IMG/VR virus record: IMGVR_UViG_3300012665_001507
Origin: a virus
DNA length: 64,000 nucleotides
Direction: 5' to 3' (one strand)
Position numbers and translations under genes: made by a program. Under the pieces are notes generated by a model. It saw nothing but the letters and a program-made list of their open reading frames with translations. It made no database searches and was not told where the DNA came from. The first letter of the stretch is position 1; each line of letters starts with the position of its first letter. Positions 9,957 through 20,127 of this stretch are shown piece by piece.

Positions 9957-11081
9957 TTAAAGGATTTTATACAATAATTTGTCATCGTAGTTTAACAAGA
10001 ATTCTTCCACAGAAGTAACCTTGTATTGACCTAAACCAAAATATAACCCAGTGAAGTTTTCAACCTTGTGTGTTTTACACACTTCAAAAACTGCGATAGC
10101 ATATTTTTTTTGTTCTTCTTTGGTTATGTTTTTTGCTCTACGAACTTTCAATTCATCCCATACCATATTTAACTTTGCAGTCAATAAGTCGTAGTTTGCT
10201 TTTAGCTTTAACAATTCTTCTTTTCTTTCTGGGAAAGTTGAAGCGAATTCTTCTATCTCGTTTGTTTTTACGATAGTAAGGATATTGTGTTCAGCCGTTT
10301 TACCTTTCAAGTGGTGAACAGCCAAGTATGCTGGGTTTTTAATTTTAACACGGTTAAAATCAGCATCCACAACAACATAACCTTCTTCTGACCATGGCAT
10401 ACCTTCAAATGTACGTAACAAAGCACCTACATCTTTAGCATTCAAATCAAATTTTTTTACCAATGGCAAACCTAATGATATCGCAACCATTTCTAAGTCT
10501 TTACCAGACAACTCAACAAGTGTTTCTCTGTTTCTAACTGTAAGGATAGTAGCAGATGATTCACCATGTGGTTTTACCACTATATTATATGGAGTAGTTA
10601 ACTCGAACACATATATATGGTTTTTATCTAGTAAGCAGTCGTTGAAACCGTACTTGTTATTAACAGTATCCCAGAATAAGTCATCGAATGTGGTACCCAT
10701 TTTATTGTTTACCTCACCTTCACCTTCCGCTGTACCTGTAGTACCAGCAAACCACGTGTTTTTATTCCAGTCCCAATACACTTGTATAAGAGTACCGTCT
10801 AATTTCTCTAAAACACTAGCAGTGTTCCAATCGATTTTAGCAGCATTCCCCTCTTGCGAGTTAAAAAACTTTCTAAAAGCCAATGACATTACCTTCCAAG
10901 TACCTTTTTCAAGTACTAGACCTCTACAATCTTGCATTTCTGGTAACGCCATAAGTGTTGGTGACACCAATTGGTCATACTTCAACAAGATTTTATCTTC
11001 ATACTCTCTTGTTTTCAATTTAAAATCAGAAATTGCTTTATCGATTCCGTGTTTTGCTATGTAATTTTGTATTGCTAACAT
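9957..11081 (-). CDS. RNA ligase, T4 Rnl1-like family
   Basis: CRGLV, KFFN, EKLDG, FEL, EGYVV and VKIK motifs. Confidence 0.8.
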   Translation of the reverse strand: MLAIQNYIAKHGIDKAISDFKLKTREYEDKILLKYDQLVSPTLMALPEMQDCRGLVLEKGTWKVMSLAFRKFFNSQEGNAAKIDWNTASVLEKLDGTLIQVYWDWNKNTWFAGTTGTAEGEGEVNNKMGTTFDDLFWDTVNNKYGFNDCLLDKNHIYVFELTTPYNIVVKPHGESSATILTVRNRETLVELSGKDLEMVAISLGLPLVKKFDLNAKDVGALLRTFEGMPWSEEGYVVVDADFNRVKIKNPAYLAVHHLKGKTAEHNILTIVKTNEIEEFASTFPERKEELLKLKANYDLLTAKLNMVWDELKVRRAKNITKEEQKKYAIAVFEVCKTHKVENFTGLYFGLGQYKVTSVEEFLLNYDDKLLYKIL

Positions 11082-11132
11082 AATTTTATTATTTTAAAGA
11101 CAAAGGTAATGATAAAAATTTGATTTACCAAA

Positions 11133-11477
11133 TTATTCTTCGTTTTCTTCGTCTTTTCTGTTGTCTTTTCTTAATTTTTTAAGTTTTTCGATTAAATCAT
11201 CGTAACTTTCTTCCTCGGCTTTACCTTTTATAATCTGAAAGGCTGGTGAATTGTGTTGTTCCATGTTATCTAACATCTTTTTAGCCGAAAACATACCTAC
11301 CAACTCACTAAATTTGAAGATGTCATCATCTTCCAGTACTATACCACCCAAAAAAATGAGGATAGTACCCATAAGTGCCACACCATTATCTTTTACTTCA
11401 TCACCCTCTTGCATCAACGCTTGACCCATTTGGACGAATTTAGCACTTAAATCTAATCTTTTATCTAAATTTTTCAT
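11133..11477 (-). CDS. Hypothetical protein
   Basis: ORF with its own TAnnTTTG promoter at 11491. Confidence 0.6.
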   Translation of the reverse strand: MKNLDKRLDLSAKFVQMGQALMQEGDEVKDNGVALMGTILIFLGGIVLEDDDIFKFSELVGMFSAKKMLDNMEQHNSPAFQIIKGKAEEESYDDLIEKLKKLRKDNRKDEENEE

Positions 11478-11605
11478 ATAGTATTTTTTACAAAGGTACT
11501 AATTTATTCGCTTATATGCAACATAAAACAATATTTTATTTTTTTTACTATAAAAAATAAATTTTAGTCTTTACTTTCATATTTATAGTTAAATGATTTA
11601 CTACT

Positions 11606-11854
11606 ATGTTCAGAAAAAAAATTTTAATTAGCCCGCAAGTTTACACTTATGAAACCGATAAGAGTGATAAACTAGCATTAATATCATCTGATAACCCATT
11701 CTTGGGTAGTGGTGGTGTAACGATTTCTGGTGGCGGTGGAAACACTGGCGGTGGAACTAACAATAATAACAATAACAATAACAACTTCAGTTACATCCTA
11801 TTGGAAAATGGTTTCTACCTTTTGCAAGAAGATGGTTCTAAAATCTACGTTTAA
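11606..11854 (+). CDS. Small virion-associated protein with Gly/Asn linker
   Basis: Poly-G/poly-N linker, C-terminal ILLENGFYLLQEDG motif, TATTTATA upstream, precedes the fibre gene. Confidence 0.55.
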   Translation: MFRKKILISPQVYTYETDKSDKLALISSDNPFLGSGGVTISGGGGNTGGGTNNNNNNNNNFSYILLENGFYLLQEDGSKIYV

Positions 11855-11855
11855 A

Positions 11856-14800
11856 ATGGCAGACAAGAAAATTAGTCAGTTACCTTCGGGTCAACTATTA
11901 CCACAAACAATCTTTCCGATTGTCACAAATGGTACAACATCACAAACCACATATGGAGGTTTGTTAAATACAATAACAAGCGATTTAGTTGTAGGTGCTG
12001 CATTTACAGGTGGTACTTATGATAATAATACAGGTGTAATCACTTTCAATAATTTAAGTGGTGGTACTGTTGGTGTGTCTGGATTCTTTACTCCAGCTGA
12101 TGATATTACTGTAACAGGTGGTACATACGACAACAACACTGGTATTACAACATTCACTGATAACATGGGTCACACGTTTACTGTGGCTGGATATTATACT
12201 GGATATACTGCACCAATTGATGTGTTTGTAACTGGTGGTACTTATGACAATGTAACAGGTATTACAACATTCACCAACAACACAGGTGGAATATTTGATG
12301 TAACTGGATATTTTACAGCTGCTAATGATATGACCGTAACTGGTGGTACTTATGATAATGTAACTGGTATTGCAACGTTTACTGATAACATGGGTAACAC
12401 ATTCAACGTATCTGGGTTCTTTACACCAGCTGATGATGTAACAGTAACTGGTGGTACATATGACAATGTAACAGGAATCACAACGTTTACTGACAATATG
12501 GGTAATACATTCAACGTAAGTGGATATTTTACACAAGCTGATGATATTACTGTAACTGGTGGTACATATAGTGATGTAACAGGTATCGCTACATTCACGG
12601 ACAACACGGATGCGACATTTGACGTAACTGGTTTCTTTAAAACCGCTGACGATATTTTTGTTTCTGGTATGACTTTCAACCAAGGAAACTTTGACTTAAC
12701 AGTTGAAAGAAATGATGGAACTAACTTTACTGAAAGTTTAGCTATATTAGCAACTGATATGACCGTAACTGGTGGTACATACGATATCGTAACAGGTACT
12801 GCTACATTTACAACAAACTCTGGTAACACATTTGATGTAACTGGTTTCGTGTCTGGTTATACTGATACTTCTGTTTCTGGTGGTACATATGATTCCAACA
12901 CAGGTATTATTACATTTAGTGACACAACAGGTGGTACTTTTAATGTAACTGGATTATTTACACCAGCTGATGATGTATTTGTAACAGGCGGTACTTATAA
13001 TAATGGTGTTACAACATTCAGAAATAATGTAGGTAACACATTTACAGTATCTGGATTTTATACGGGTGCTACTATGACAAATGGTGCTGTTTCTGCTAGC
13101 AATTCACAACCATACCCAGTATTAACTTACGATATTAATGCTACTCTTGGTACTAGTGGTGGTAACGGTAGAGTTAGATTACCAGAGAATGCTCCAATTG
13201 GTAAATTAGTTGTTATAAGAAATAATATGAACGTTCTTACTATTGAGGCGTTTGATGGTCAACCAAAAATTTCTAATTACCAAAGTAATGGTAATACTAG
13301 TGCTGTTGGTGTTATAGCTTACGAAACTAAACACTTTATTTCTTTAGGTGGTGGATATTGGTATTCAGTTGCTGTTCAAGGTGAATCAACACAATTTAAT
13401 GGAACACCGATAAATGTTGCAAATCAGTTCTTAATTAATGAAACAGCAACTAACAGTACAACGACAGTTCTTTCAACTGCTCAATTAAATTCAACATATC
13501 CTACGTTACCAGTTGGTTTTAAACTTTACTGTGCTAACATTGCTAGTGGTGGTAGAGTTTATATTAAAACAACTTACAATACTTGGACTAGTCTTCCATT
13601 GGTACCTACAACTTATACAGGTGCAACTAGTGGTTTAGACACATACGTAACAGGTGGTACTTACAATTCTGGTACTGCAACATTCACTAACAACACAGGT
13701 GGTACATTCAATGTAACTGGTTTTGCTACTGGTGGTGGTTCTGGTAGCGATTCATATTGGGTATCTGGAAATACTTCGACTGACCTTAAAAGAATTGGTT
13801 TTGGTAACATAGCTTCTGGAGGTTATTCAGCATCTTTTGGTTCTTCAACAGAAGCAACTGGTGAAATGTCAGCAGCGTTTAACTACGCAACAAAAGCTAC
13901 TGGTTATGCCGCTAACGCATTTGGTTATGCTACATCAGCAGCAACTAATTACGCTTTCTCTGAAGGTCAATACACTGTAGCATCTGGTCAATCAGCTCAC
14001 GCTGAAGGTCAAGCTACAAGAGCTTTAGGTGTTTATTCACACGCTGAAGGTTACCAAACATTATCTAATGGGTCAGCATCACATGCTGAAGGTTATGTTA
14101 CGTCTGCAACAACACAAGGTGCACACTCTGAAGGTACGTTAACAAAAGCGACTGGTCTTTCATCTCACGCTGAAGGTGTGTCAACTAAAGCGGTTGGTGC
14201 TTATTCACACGCTGAAGGTAACACAACAACAGCTAATGGTGAAGCTGCACATGCTGAAGGTAAGGAGACTATTGCTAACGGAACTTATTCACACGCTGAA
14301 GGTTATTTGACAAACGCATTTCAAATGTACTCACATGCTGAAGGTGTTGAGACACAAGCAAATGGTATGGGTTCACACACTGAAGGTTATCAAACAGTTA
14401 CTGATGGGGATTATTCACATGTTGAGGGGATTTATTCATATGCTCAAGGAAATTACTCTCACGCTGAAGGTACATCAACAATAGCTCAAGGTACTAACTC
14501 ACACGCTGAAGGAAATGGGGCACAAGCTTTAGGTGTTACTAGTCACGCTGAAGGTAACCAAACAACTGCTGAAGGTATGTATTCACATGCTGAAGGTGAC
14601 CAAACACTTGCGTCTGGACAAACATCACACGCTGAAGGTATGCTTACAATAGCTCAAGGTGCTTATTCACACGCTGAAGGTTATCAATCACAAGCGATTG
14701 GTTCTACGTCACATGCTGAAGGTAATCAAACATACGCTAATGGTCAATTCTCACACGCTGAAGGTTATAATACAACAACGTGGGGTCAACAATCACACGC

Positions 14801-16217
14801 TGAAGGTAGACAATCAATTGCATCTGGTTTAACATCACATGCTGAAGGTCACCAAACATCAGCCACAACGAGTTATACTCACTCTGAAGGATATAAAACA
14901 CTTGCATCTGGTATTGCATCACATGCTCAAGGTACTGGTACAACAGCTAGTGGTAATTATTCTCACGCTGAAGGTTTAAGTACGATAGCGTCTGGTGATA
15001 CGAGTCACGCAGAAGGTTCTGGTACTCAAGCTAATGGTATTATATCACATGCTGAAGGTGGTGGTACACGTGCTAATGGTGCTTATTCACATGCTGAAGG
15101 TTTCCAAACCATAGCGTCTGGAGTTCGCTCACATGCTGAAGGTAGTCAAACAACAGCTAGTGGTTCTGCTTCTCATACTGAAGGTGCTGGTACAGTAGCT
15201 AGTGGTGAAACCGCACATGCTGAAGGTAATTACACACAAGCTTTTGGCCAATATTCTCACGCTGAAGGTAATAATGCTAAAGCACATGCTGAATCATCTC
15301 ACGCTGAAGGTCATTACACGCTTGCTAGTAATTTTGCATCACACGCTGAAGGTTCTGGTACAATAGCTTCTGGTAATATTTCTCACGCTGAAGGTGAATA
15401 TACAAGAGCAACTGGTGGTTATTCACACGCTGAAGGTTGGACTACGTCTGCAACATCACAATATACTCACTCTGAGGGTTATGTAACTCTTGCTAGTGGA
15501 AATGCTTCACATGCTGAAGGGGTTGAAACAAGAGCTACTGGTGATGCTTCACATGCTGAAGGTGAGGCTTCAATAGCTTCTGGTATTAATTCTCATGCTG
15601 AAGGTAATGCTTCAACAGCTTCTGGTATTAATTCTCATGCTGAAGGTTGGTTGTCACAAGCTACTGGTTCAACATCACACGCTGAAGGTTACTCAACAAA
15701 AGCATATGGTCCTTATTCACATGCTGAAGGTTATATTACAGTTGCAACTGGACAAAATGCTCACGCTGAAGGTCAAGAAACATCAGCAACAACATATAAC
15801 ACTCACGCTGAAGGTATCGGGACACTTGCATCTGCTAATAGTGCTCACGCTGAAGGTAATGGAACAATTGCATCTGGTATTGATTCACACTCACAAAACA
15901 GATATACAACAGCATCTGGATTCTTTTCACACGCTGGTGGTTCTGCTTCAACAGCATCTGGTATTGCGTCATTCGTTCACTCTGTTGGTTCAACAGTAAG
16001 TGGTGATAGAAGTGCTGTGTTAGGTGGTTCTGGATTTACTGCAACTGCTGCTGACACGGTATACGTACCAAACTTAGTTATCAAGAAAGTATCTGCTGTA
16101 CCTACAAGTTCAGCTGACGCAATCGGTGAAGCTGGTTCTGTTACATGGGATGCTAACTACTTCTATTGGAGAACTCAATCTGATGGATGGTTAAGAGTAT
16201 CTGGTTCAACATTCTAA
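11856..16217 (+). CDS. Tail fibre/adhesin with TGGTY repeats and SHAEG (YadA-head-like) repeats
   Basis: Start MADKKISQLP at ATG 11856; tandem ~36-aa VTGGTYDN..GI.TFT repeats, then many 14-aa SHAEG repeats. Confidence 0.75.
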   Translation: MADKKISQLPSGQLLPQTIFPIVTNGTTSQTTYGGLLNTITSDLVVGAAFTGGTYDNNTGVITFNNLSGGTVGVSGFFTPADDITVTGGTYDNNTGITTFTDNMGHTFTVAGYYTGYTAPIDVFVTGGTYDNVTGITTFTNNTGGIFDVTGYFTAANDMTVTGGTYDNVTGIATFTDNMGNTFNVSGFFTPADDVTVTGGTYDNVTGITTFTDNMGNTFNVSGYFTQADDITVTGGTYSDVTGIATFTDNTDATFDVTGFFKTADDIFVSGMTFNQGNFDLTVERNDGTNFTESLAILATDMTVTGGTYDIVTGTATFTTNSGNTFDVTGFVSGYTDTSVSGGTYDSNTGIITFSDTTGGTFNVTGLFTPADDVFVTGGTYNNGVTTFRNNVGNTFTVSGFYTGATMTNGAVSASNSQPYPVLTYDINATLGTSGGNGRVRLPENAPIGKLVVIRNNMNVLTIEAFDGQPKISNYQSNGNTSAVGVIAYETKHFISLGGGYWYSVAVQGESTQFNGTPINVANQFLINETATNSTTTVLSTAQLNSTYPTLPVGFKLYCANIASGGRVYIKTTYNTWTSLPLVPTTYTGATSGLDTYVTGGTYNSGTATFTNNTGGTFNVTGFATGGGSGSDSYWVSGNTSTDLKRIGFGNIASGGYSASFGSSTEATGEMSAAFNYATKATGYAANAFGYATSAATNYAFSEGQYTVASGQSAHAEGQATRALGVYSHAEGYQTLSNGSASHAEGYVTSATTQGAHSEGTLTKATGLSSHAEGVSTKAVGAYSHAEGNTTTANGEAAHAEGKETIANGTYSHAEGYLTNAFQMYSHAEGVETQANGMGSHTEGYQTVTDGDYSHVEGIYSYAQGNYSHAEGTSTIAQGTNSHAEGNGAQALGVTSHAEGNQTTAEGMYSHAEGDQTLASGQTSHAEGMLTIAQGAYSHAEGYQSQAIGSTSHAEGNQTYANGQFSHAEGYNTTTWGQQSHAEGRQSIASGLTSHAEGHQTSATTSYTHSEGYKTLASGIASHAQGTGTTASGNYSHAEGLSTIASGDTSHAEGSGTQANGIISHAEGGGTRANGAYSHAEGFQTIASGVRSHAEGSQTTASGSASHTEGAGTVASGETAHAEGNYTQAFGQYSHAEGNNAKAHAESSHAEGHYTLASNFASHAEGSGTIASGNISHAEGEYTRATGGYSHAEGWTTSATSQYTHSEGYVTLASGNASHAEGVETRATGDASHAEGEASIASGINSHAEGNASTASGINSHAEGWLSQATGSTSHAEGYSTKAYGPYSHAEGYITVATGQNAHAEGQETSATTYNTHAEGIGTLASANSAHAEGNGTIASGIDSHSQNRYTTASGFFSHAGGSASTASGIASFVHSVGSTVSGDRSAVLGGSGFTATAADTVYVPNLVIKKVSAVPTSSADAIGEAGSVTWDANYFYWRTQSDGWLRVSGSTF
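13990..15860 (+). repeat. 42-bp-period coding repeat (CAYGCTGAAGGT = HAEG)
   Basis: Recurring tcacacgctgaaggt every 42 nt with variable intervening codons, all in frame. Confidence 0.85.
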
Positions 16218-16241
16218 TGAACTAAACACATATAAAATATT

Positions 16242-16266
16242 AAAGGGGTCTTATGACCCCTTTTTT
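16242..16266. terminator. Bidirectional intrinsic terminator
   Basis: AAGGGGTC-TTAT-GACCCCTT followed by a T-run, between convergent genes. Confidence 0.75.
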
Positions 16267-17192
16267 ATTTCTGTAACTTTTCCACTTATATTAAATGGTT
16301 TTACTTTTCTCCATTTGGTAATATCATTGCTCATCACAGCTTTACCACCATTTGGGTTAATCGCTATTGTGATATGTGGGATATCATTATTAGATGGATA
16401 CCCTTCAACTCTAACAGCCATGGCCATATCTGATAAACCTAATTCGGTAACAGTAAGCGTTACATCTTTACCCAAATCTTCTTGGTTTGGAACTGGTTTA
16501 CCAAATGCAATAGTCATGTGGTGTGCGATTACATCCCAACCTTGTGGAACTTCATCTTCTACTCTAGATAACAATGATGTTCTAGAACCACCATCCAATA
16601 CCACAGCAGAATATAAAACATCTGATGTATTGTACATATCTTTTGCTGCCATTACACTAGCAACCGTTAAAGGTCCTTGACCTGTGTGACTAGCTATCAT
16701 TGATTCGATTTTATCCAATGGAACACCGTGTGTGTTTCTTTTAGCTAATTCTTGTGCAGATAACCCACCAGTACCAATATCTTCAAAATTGATGTTCTTA
16801 TCGTCCAACCCCATTTCCAACGCAGCCTTAACAGCAGCTTTAGCTTCACTTTGTTTGATGTTCGTGTTATCTAGAATAACTGGAGACACACCAGACTTCA
16901 ATGAGTTGATAAGATTTTTAAGATTGGTTGAATGTGCTTTAGACAAAGGACTAAAGTCTTTAGATGCAATCATCTTTTCGAAGAATTCATTGTAATCACC
17001 TTGTGCTTCGATTACATCATCAGTTGAATGGATAACACCGTTGGTGCCAGCCAATTGTTTGGCTTTGGTAGACTTCCCCGAACCAGGAATTCCACGCATA
17101 ACTATAAGCACTTGGTTTGGTCTAGATATTGCGACCCCAAGTGAATTTTTCATTATACCTTCTCTAAGTATTTCTTTGATTGTTGTTTTCAT
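16251..17192 (-). CDS. Polynucleotide kinase (P-loop) fused to 2H cyclic phosphodiesterase; RNA end-healing enzyme
   Basis: GIPGSGKS Walker A, DNTN, RNTHGVP; C-terminal HMT and HIT 2H motifs. Confidence 0.8.
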   Translation of the reverse strand: MKTTIKEILREGIMKNSLGVAISRPNQVLIVMRGIPGSGKSTKAKQLAGTNGVIHSTDDVIEAQGDYNEFFEKMIASKDFSPLSKAHSTNLKNLINSLKSGVSPVILDNTNIKQSEAKAAVKAALEMGLDDKNINFEDIGTGGLSAQELAKRNTHGVPLDKIESMIASHTGQGPLTVASVMAAKDMYNTSDVLYSAVVLDGGSRTSLLSRVEDEVPQGWDVIAHHMTIAFGKPVPNQEDLGKDVTLTVTELGLSDMAMAVRVEGYPSNNDIPHITIAINPNGGKAVMSNDITKWRKVKPFNISGKVTEIKKGS

Positions 17193-17230
17193 ACAGCAAA
17201 GGTACGAAAACTTTTTTAATTATACAAATT

Positions 17231-17902
17231 TTATGAATAATATGTTTGGTAAACATCGTTGGTTAAACCGAAGTCAATTAGAACGATATCATCTTGACCA
17301 CCTCTTTGTACAATTCCGTAACTATTAAGTCTACCGAAGTCACCAGCGGGTGCGTCAATGTTTTGCATAAATTCAGCAATAGAACCAACAAACTCATTTT
17401 CATCAAGCCTAGCTTTTACTTCTGGGTCCATACTAAACATTGGTTTTTTACCACGGTTGACTTCGTTGAAGTTTCTTAAGTACATATTTAATTCTTCAAT
17501 AGTACAATCAGCAAGTCTTTGGAAGTCTTTCTTACTTACTTTTCTAGCCAATTCCATTTCAACCCATAAATCATCTGGATGATACATAAACGTATGTGCT
17601 AAGATTGAACCGAAATAAGAATCTTGACCCCATTGGATTTCAACTTCATTTTGTGCAAGTCCTTTTTGGTTCTTTGCCAATTTAAGTACTTTGGTGTCGT
17701 CTACCATATAAACAATACGTGCTGAACCAGAAGAAATTCTTTTAAGATGTTCTTCACAGTATCTAACTCTTTCAGCAAATTTCGTAAGTGTTTTAAAATG
17801 GTCCATATCAAATGTTGTAGGGTAATCCTCATCGACCATCATATTCTCTAGTAAATCAAAAGTCATTGTTTCAGATAACTTCTTTTTGATAAAATCTTTC
17901 AT
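17231..17902 (-). CDS. Protein-kinase-like fold protein
   Basis: SSGSARIVY glycine loop, VLKLA lysine, NEVE, D...N, LIDFG. Confidence 0.6.
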   Translation of the reverse strand: MKDFIKKKLSETMTFDLLENMMVDEDYPTTFDMDHFKTLTKFAERVRYCEEHLKRISSGSARIVYMVDDTKVLKLAKNQKGLAQNEVEIQWGQDSYFGSILAHTFMYHPDDLWVEMELARKVSKKDFQRLADCTIEELNMYLRNFNEVNRGKKPMFSMDPEVKARLDENEFVGSIAEFMQNIDAPAGDFGRLNSYGIVQRGGQDDIVLIDFGLTNDVYQTYYS

Positions 17903-17961
17903 TGTATTGTTTTATTATAAATATCCTTGATTTATTAAAAACACTTTGCTATATTTGTCCT

Positions 17962-18936
17962 ATGAACATACTAATTACTGGAGGAATGGGATTCATTGGT
18001 TCTCACCTCGTTAAACACATGGTTGAAAAATACCCTAACTATCGTATCATAAATTACGACAAACTAACATATGCTAGTAACCCTAGATTTTTGCGTTCAC
18101 TAGATGATTACCCAAACTACCATTTTGTTATGGGTGACATATGTAATAATTCACAATTGGAAGACACATTCGCAAAATATAAAATAACACACGTTATACA
18201 CTTGGCGGCTGAATCACATGTAGATAACTCTATCTTTGACCCTTCAGCTTTCATCCAAACAAACATTGTTGGAACAGCTAACCTATTAACTATGTGTAGA
18301 AACAGATGGAGAGGCGATAACCATAAATTTTACCACATTTCAACTGATGAGGTTTATGGTTCTTTAGGTAGTGAAGGTTACTTTACCGAAGATACACCTT
18401 ATGACCCTAGAAGTCCTTATTCAGCGTCAAAAGCTAGTTCTGACCACTTGGTTCGAGCATATTTCCACACATATGGTTTCCCAGCAGTTATTTCAAACTG
18501 TTCAAATAACTATGGACCAAACCAACATAACGAAAAATTAATTCCTTTGACTATTCAACGAATCAAAGACCAAAAAGAAATTCCTGTTTACGGTGATGGA
18601 TTAAATGTTAGAGATTGGTTATATGTTGAAGACCATGTGTCTGCAATCGATACAATCTTCCATACTGGAGTAAATGGTGAAACATATAACATTGGCGGCA
18701 ATAACGAATCCACCAACATCAATTTGGTTAATAAACTATGTGATTTGATGGATTCCAAACTGGGTCGTGAACAAGGAACGTCACGAGGTTTGATTAGTTA
18801 CGTTAAAGATAGGTTAGGTCATGATAGGAGATATGCGATTGATTCATCCAAGCTAACCCAAGAACTTGGATGGGAACCTAAAACCGAATTTGAATTAGGG
18901 TTATCCAATACGATTGATTGGTATCTTAACGTCTAG
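17962..18936 (+). CDS. rfbB: dTDP-glucose 4,6-dehydratase
   Basis: GGMGFIG, DKLTYA, HLAAESHVD, STDEVYG, YSASK, GHDRRY; start ATG 17962. Confidence 0.95.
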   Translation: MNILITGGMGFIGSHLVKHMVEKYPNYRIINYDKLTYASNPRFLRSLDDYPNYHFVMGDICNNSQLEDTFAKYKITHVIHLAAESHVDNSIFDPSAFIQTNIVGTANLLTMCRNRWRGDNHKFYHISTDEVYGSLGSEGYFTEDTPYDPRSPYSASKASSDHLVRAYFHTYGFPAVISNCSNNYGPNQHNEKLIPLTIQRIKDQKEIPVYGDGLNVRDWLYVEDHVSAIDTIFHTGVNGETYNIGGNNESTNINLVNKLCDLMDSKLGREQGTSRGLISYVKDRLGHDRRYAIDSSKLTQELGWEPKTEFELGLSNTIDWYLNV

Positions 18937-19021
18937 CGGAGAGTGTGGGATTCGAACCCACGGGCCCCTTTCGAGGCCACGGTTTAGCAAACCGCTCCAT
19001 TAACCACTCTGGCAACTCTCC
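18937..19021 (-). tRNA. tRNA-Ser(GCT)
   Basis: Cloverleaf with long variable arm, loop TT-GCT-AA, G73. Confidence 0.93.
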
Positions 19022-19026
19022 AATTG

Positions 19027-19099
19027 TACCCCTACAGGGATTCGAACCCCGATACTGGCCTTAGAAGGGCCATGTCCTATCCAGTTGAACGATAGAGGC
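19027..19099 (-). tRNA. tRNA-Arg(TCT)
   Basis: Cloverleaf, loop CT-TCT-AA. Confidence 0.93.
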
Positions 19100-19110
19100 A
19101 TATTATGTTG

Positions 19111-19183
19111 TGACCCTACAGGGATTCGAACCCCGATTCTAGCATTCGTAGTGCTAAGTCCTATCCAGTTGAACGATAGGGCC
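19111..19183 (-). tRNA. tRNA-Arg(ACG)
   Basis: Cloverleaf, loop CT-ACG-AA; D and T arms shared with the neighbouring Arg(TCT). Confidence 0.93.
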
Positions 19184-19275
19184 AAATTATTGCGACACTT
19201 TGTCGTGATAATTGTCGCAATTTTATCTTTTTTCTTCTTTCTCGCCATAATCACGACATTTTGGCGAGATTCGAG

Positions 19276-19349
19276 TAGCGATAACTGGACTCGAACCAGT
19301 GTCTCTGCCTTATGAGAGCAGCGTAAGAAACCAACTCTACCATATCGCC
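19276..19349 (-). tRNA. tRNA-Met(CAT), elongator type
   Basis: Cloverleaf, loop CT-CAT-AA, GGCG acceptor with paired 1:72. Confidence 0.85.
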
Positions 19350-19354
19350 ATTTC

Positions 19355-19507
19355 TTATCTTTTAAAAATAATTTTATTCCGTTCAATCGCTTTCTTAATC
19401 CTTTCAACCTCTTCTTTACTCGGATTGGTATTAACCGAATAAGTTATCCCCATTTTATCCATGTAATCATAAAGACGTTGCATGTCAGCTTCACTTGTCT
19501 TTTTCAT
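19355..19507 (-). CDS. Small ORF within the tRNA array (50 aa, MKKTSEADMQRLYDYMDKMG...)
   Basis: Fills the spacer between two tRNAs exactly; A-rich leader. Confidence 0.55.
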   Translation of the reverse strand: MKKTSEADMQRLYDYMDKMGITYSVNTNPSKEEVERIKKAIERNKIIFKR

Positions 19508-19521
19508 TTTATTTATTTTTG

Positions 19522-19595
19522 CGGGGCCGCTGGGATTCGAACCCAGGTAAATGGATTAACAGTCCACCGTATTAGACCGCTGCTACGACAGCCCC
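19522..19595 (-). tRNA. tRNA-Asn(GTT), divergent body
   Basis: Cloverleaf, loop CT-GTT-AA, G73, short variable loop. Confidence 0.85.
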
Positions 19596-19602
19596 TTGTT
19601 TG

Positions 19603-19674
19603 CTCTTCGGGGGAATTTCGAAATCCCGACCTAACGGTTAACAGCCGTTTGCTCTGCCTCTGAGCTACCGAAGA
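19603..19674 (-). tRNA. tRNA-Asn(GTT)
   Basis: Cloverleaf, loop CT-GTT-AA, G73. Confidence 0.9.
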
Positions 19675-19679
19675 ATATT

Positions 19680-19756
19680 TGGTGGTCCATCTAGGATTCG
19701 AACCTAGGACCTTCTCGTTATGAGCGAGCTGCTCTAACCAACTGAGCTAAAAGACC
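19680..19756 (-). tRNA. tRNA(CAT), probably Ile2 (lysidine type), encoded CCA
   Basis: Cloverleaf, loop CT-CAT-AA, Ile-like D arm TAGCTCAGTTGGTTAGAGC, ends ACCA. Confidence 0.8.
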
Positions 19757-19818
19757 AAATATCTGTTATACTTGGCCAAAACTCGTTAAAAAAGTGAGTT
19801 TTGGCCGCTTATAAATTG

Positions 19819-19892
19819 TAGGCAACACGAGAGTCGAACTCGTAACCTCTTCGGTATCAGCGAAGTGCTCTAACCAGTTGAGCTAGCTGCCT
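19819..19892 (-). tRNA. tRNA-Ile(GAT)
   Basis: Cloverleaf, loop CT-GAT-AC. Confidence 0.92.
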
Positions 19893-19904
19893 ATGTTGGA
19901 AACC

Positions 19905-20099
19905 CTAAGATTTCCATTGTGTTTTTCTGTTGTGTTTCCACGTTCTAAATTCTCTCCATTTATGGTTTTCAATGTTTCCATGATTCCATGTCCACCCTTC
20001 TTCATAATATGGTGGGTACAATTCCAATAAGAGAATTCGTCTGTAATCTTTTGAGCAAGTTGCTTTTTTAAATTTTGCTCTGCTTACGTTTACACTCAT
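19905..20099 (-). CDS. Small basic protein (..RTWKHNRKTQWK)
   Basis: ORF track; inside the tRNA array; preceded by a 9-codon uORF. Confidence 0.6.
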   Translation of the reverse strand: MSVNVSRAKFKKATCSKDYRRILLLELYPPYYEEGWTWNHGNIENHKWREFRTWKHNRKTQWKS

Positions 20100-20127
20100 A
20101 ACTTCGTAGTCTATTGTTTAGTAGACC

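Noticed and set aside
13990-15860. Regular 42-bp repeats resembling a CRISPR array
   Set aside because: In-frame SHAEG protein repeats with synonymous variation inside the fibre gene; no cas operon
19000-19407. 135-aa ORF and other ORFs across the tRNA array (19085, 19478, 20418, 20741)
   Set aside because: Overlap clear tRNA cloverleafs or the attenuator; shadow frames
19774-19806. 11-bp inverted repeat between tRNAs
   Set aside because: No U-tract or other support; probably a processing or stability hairpin
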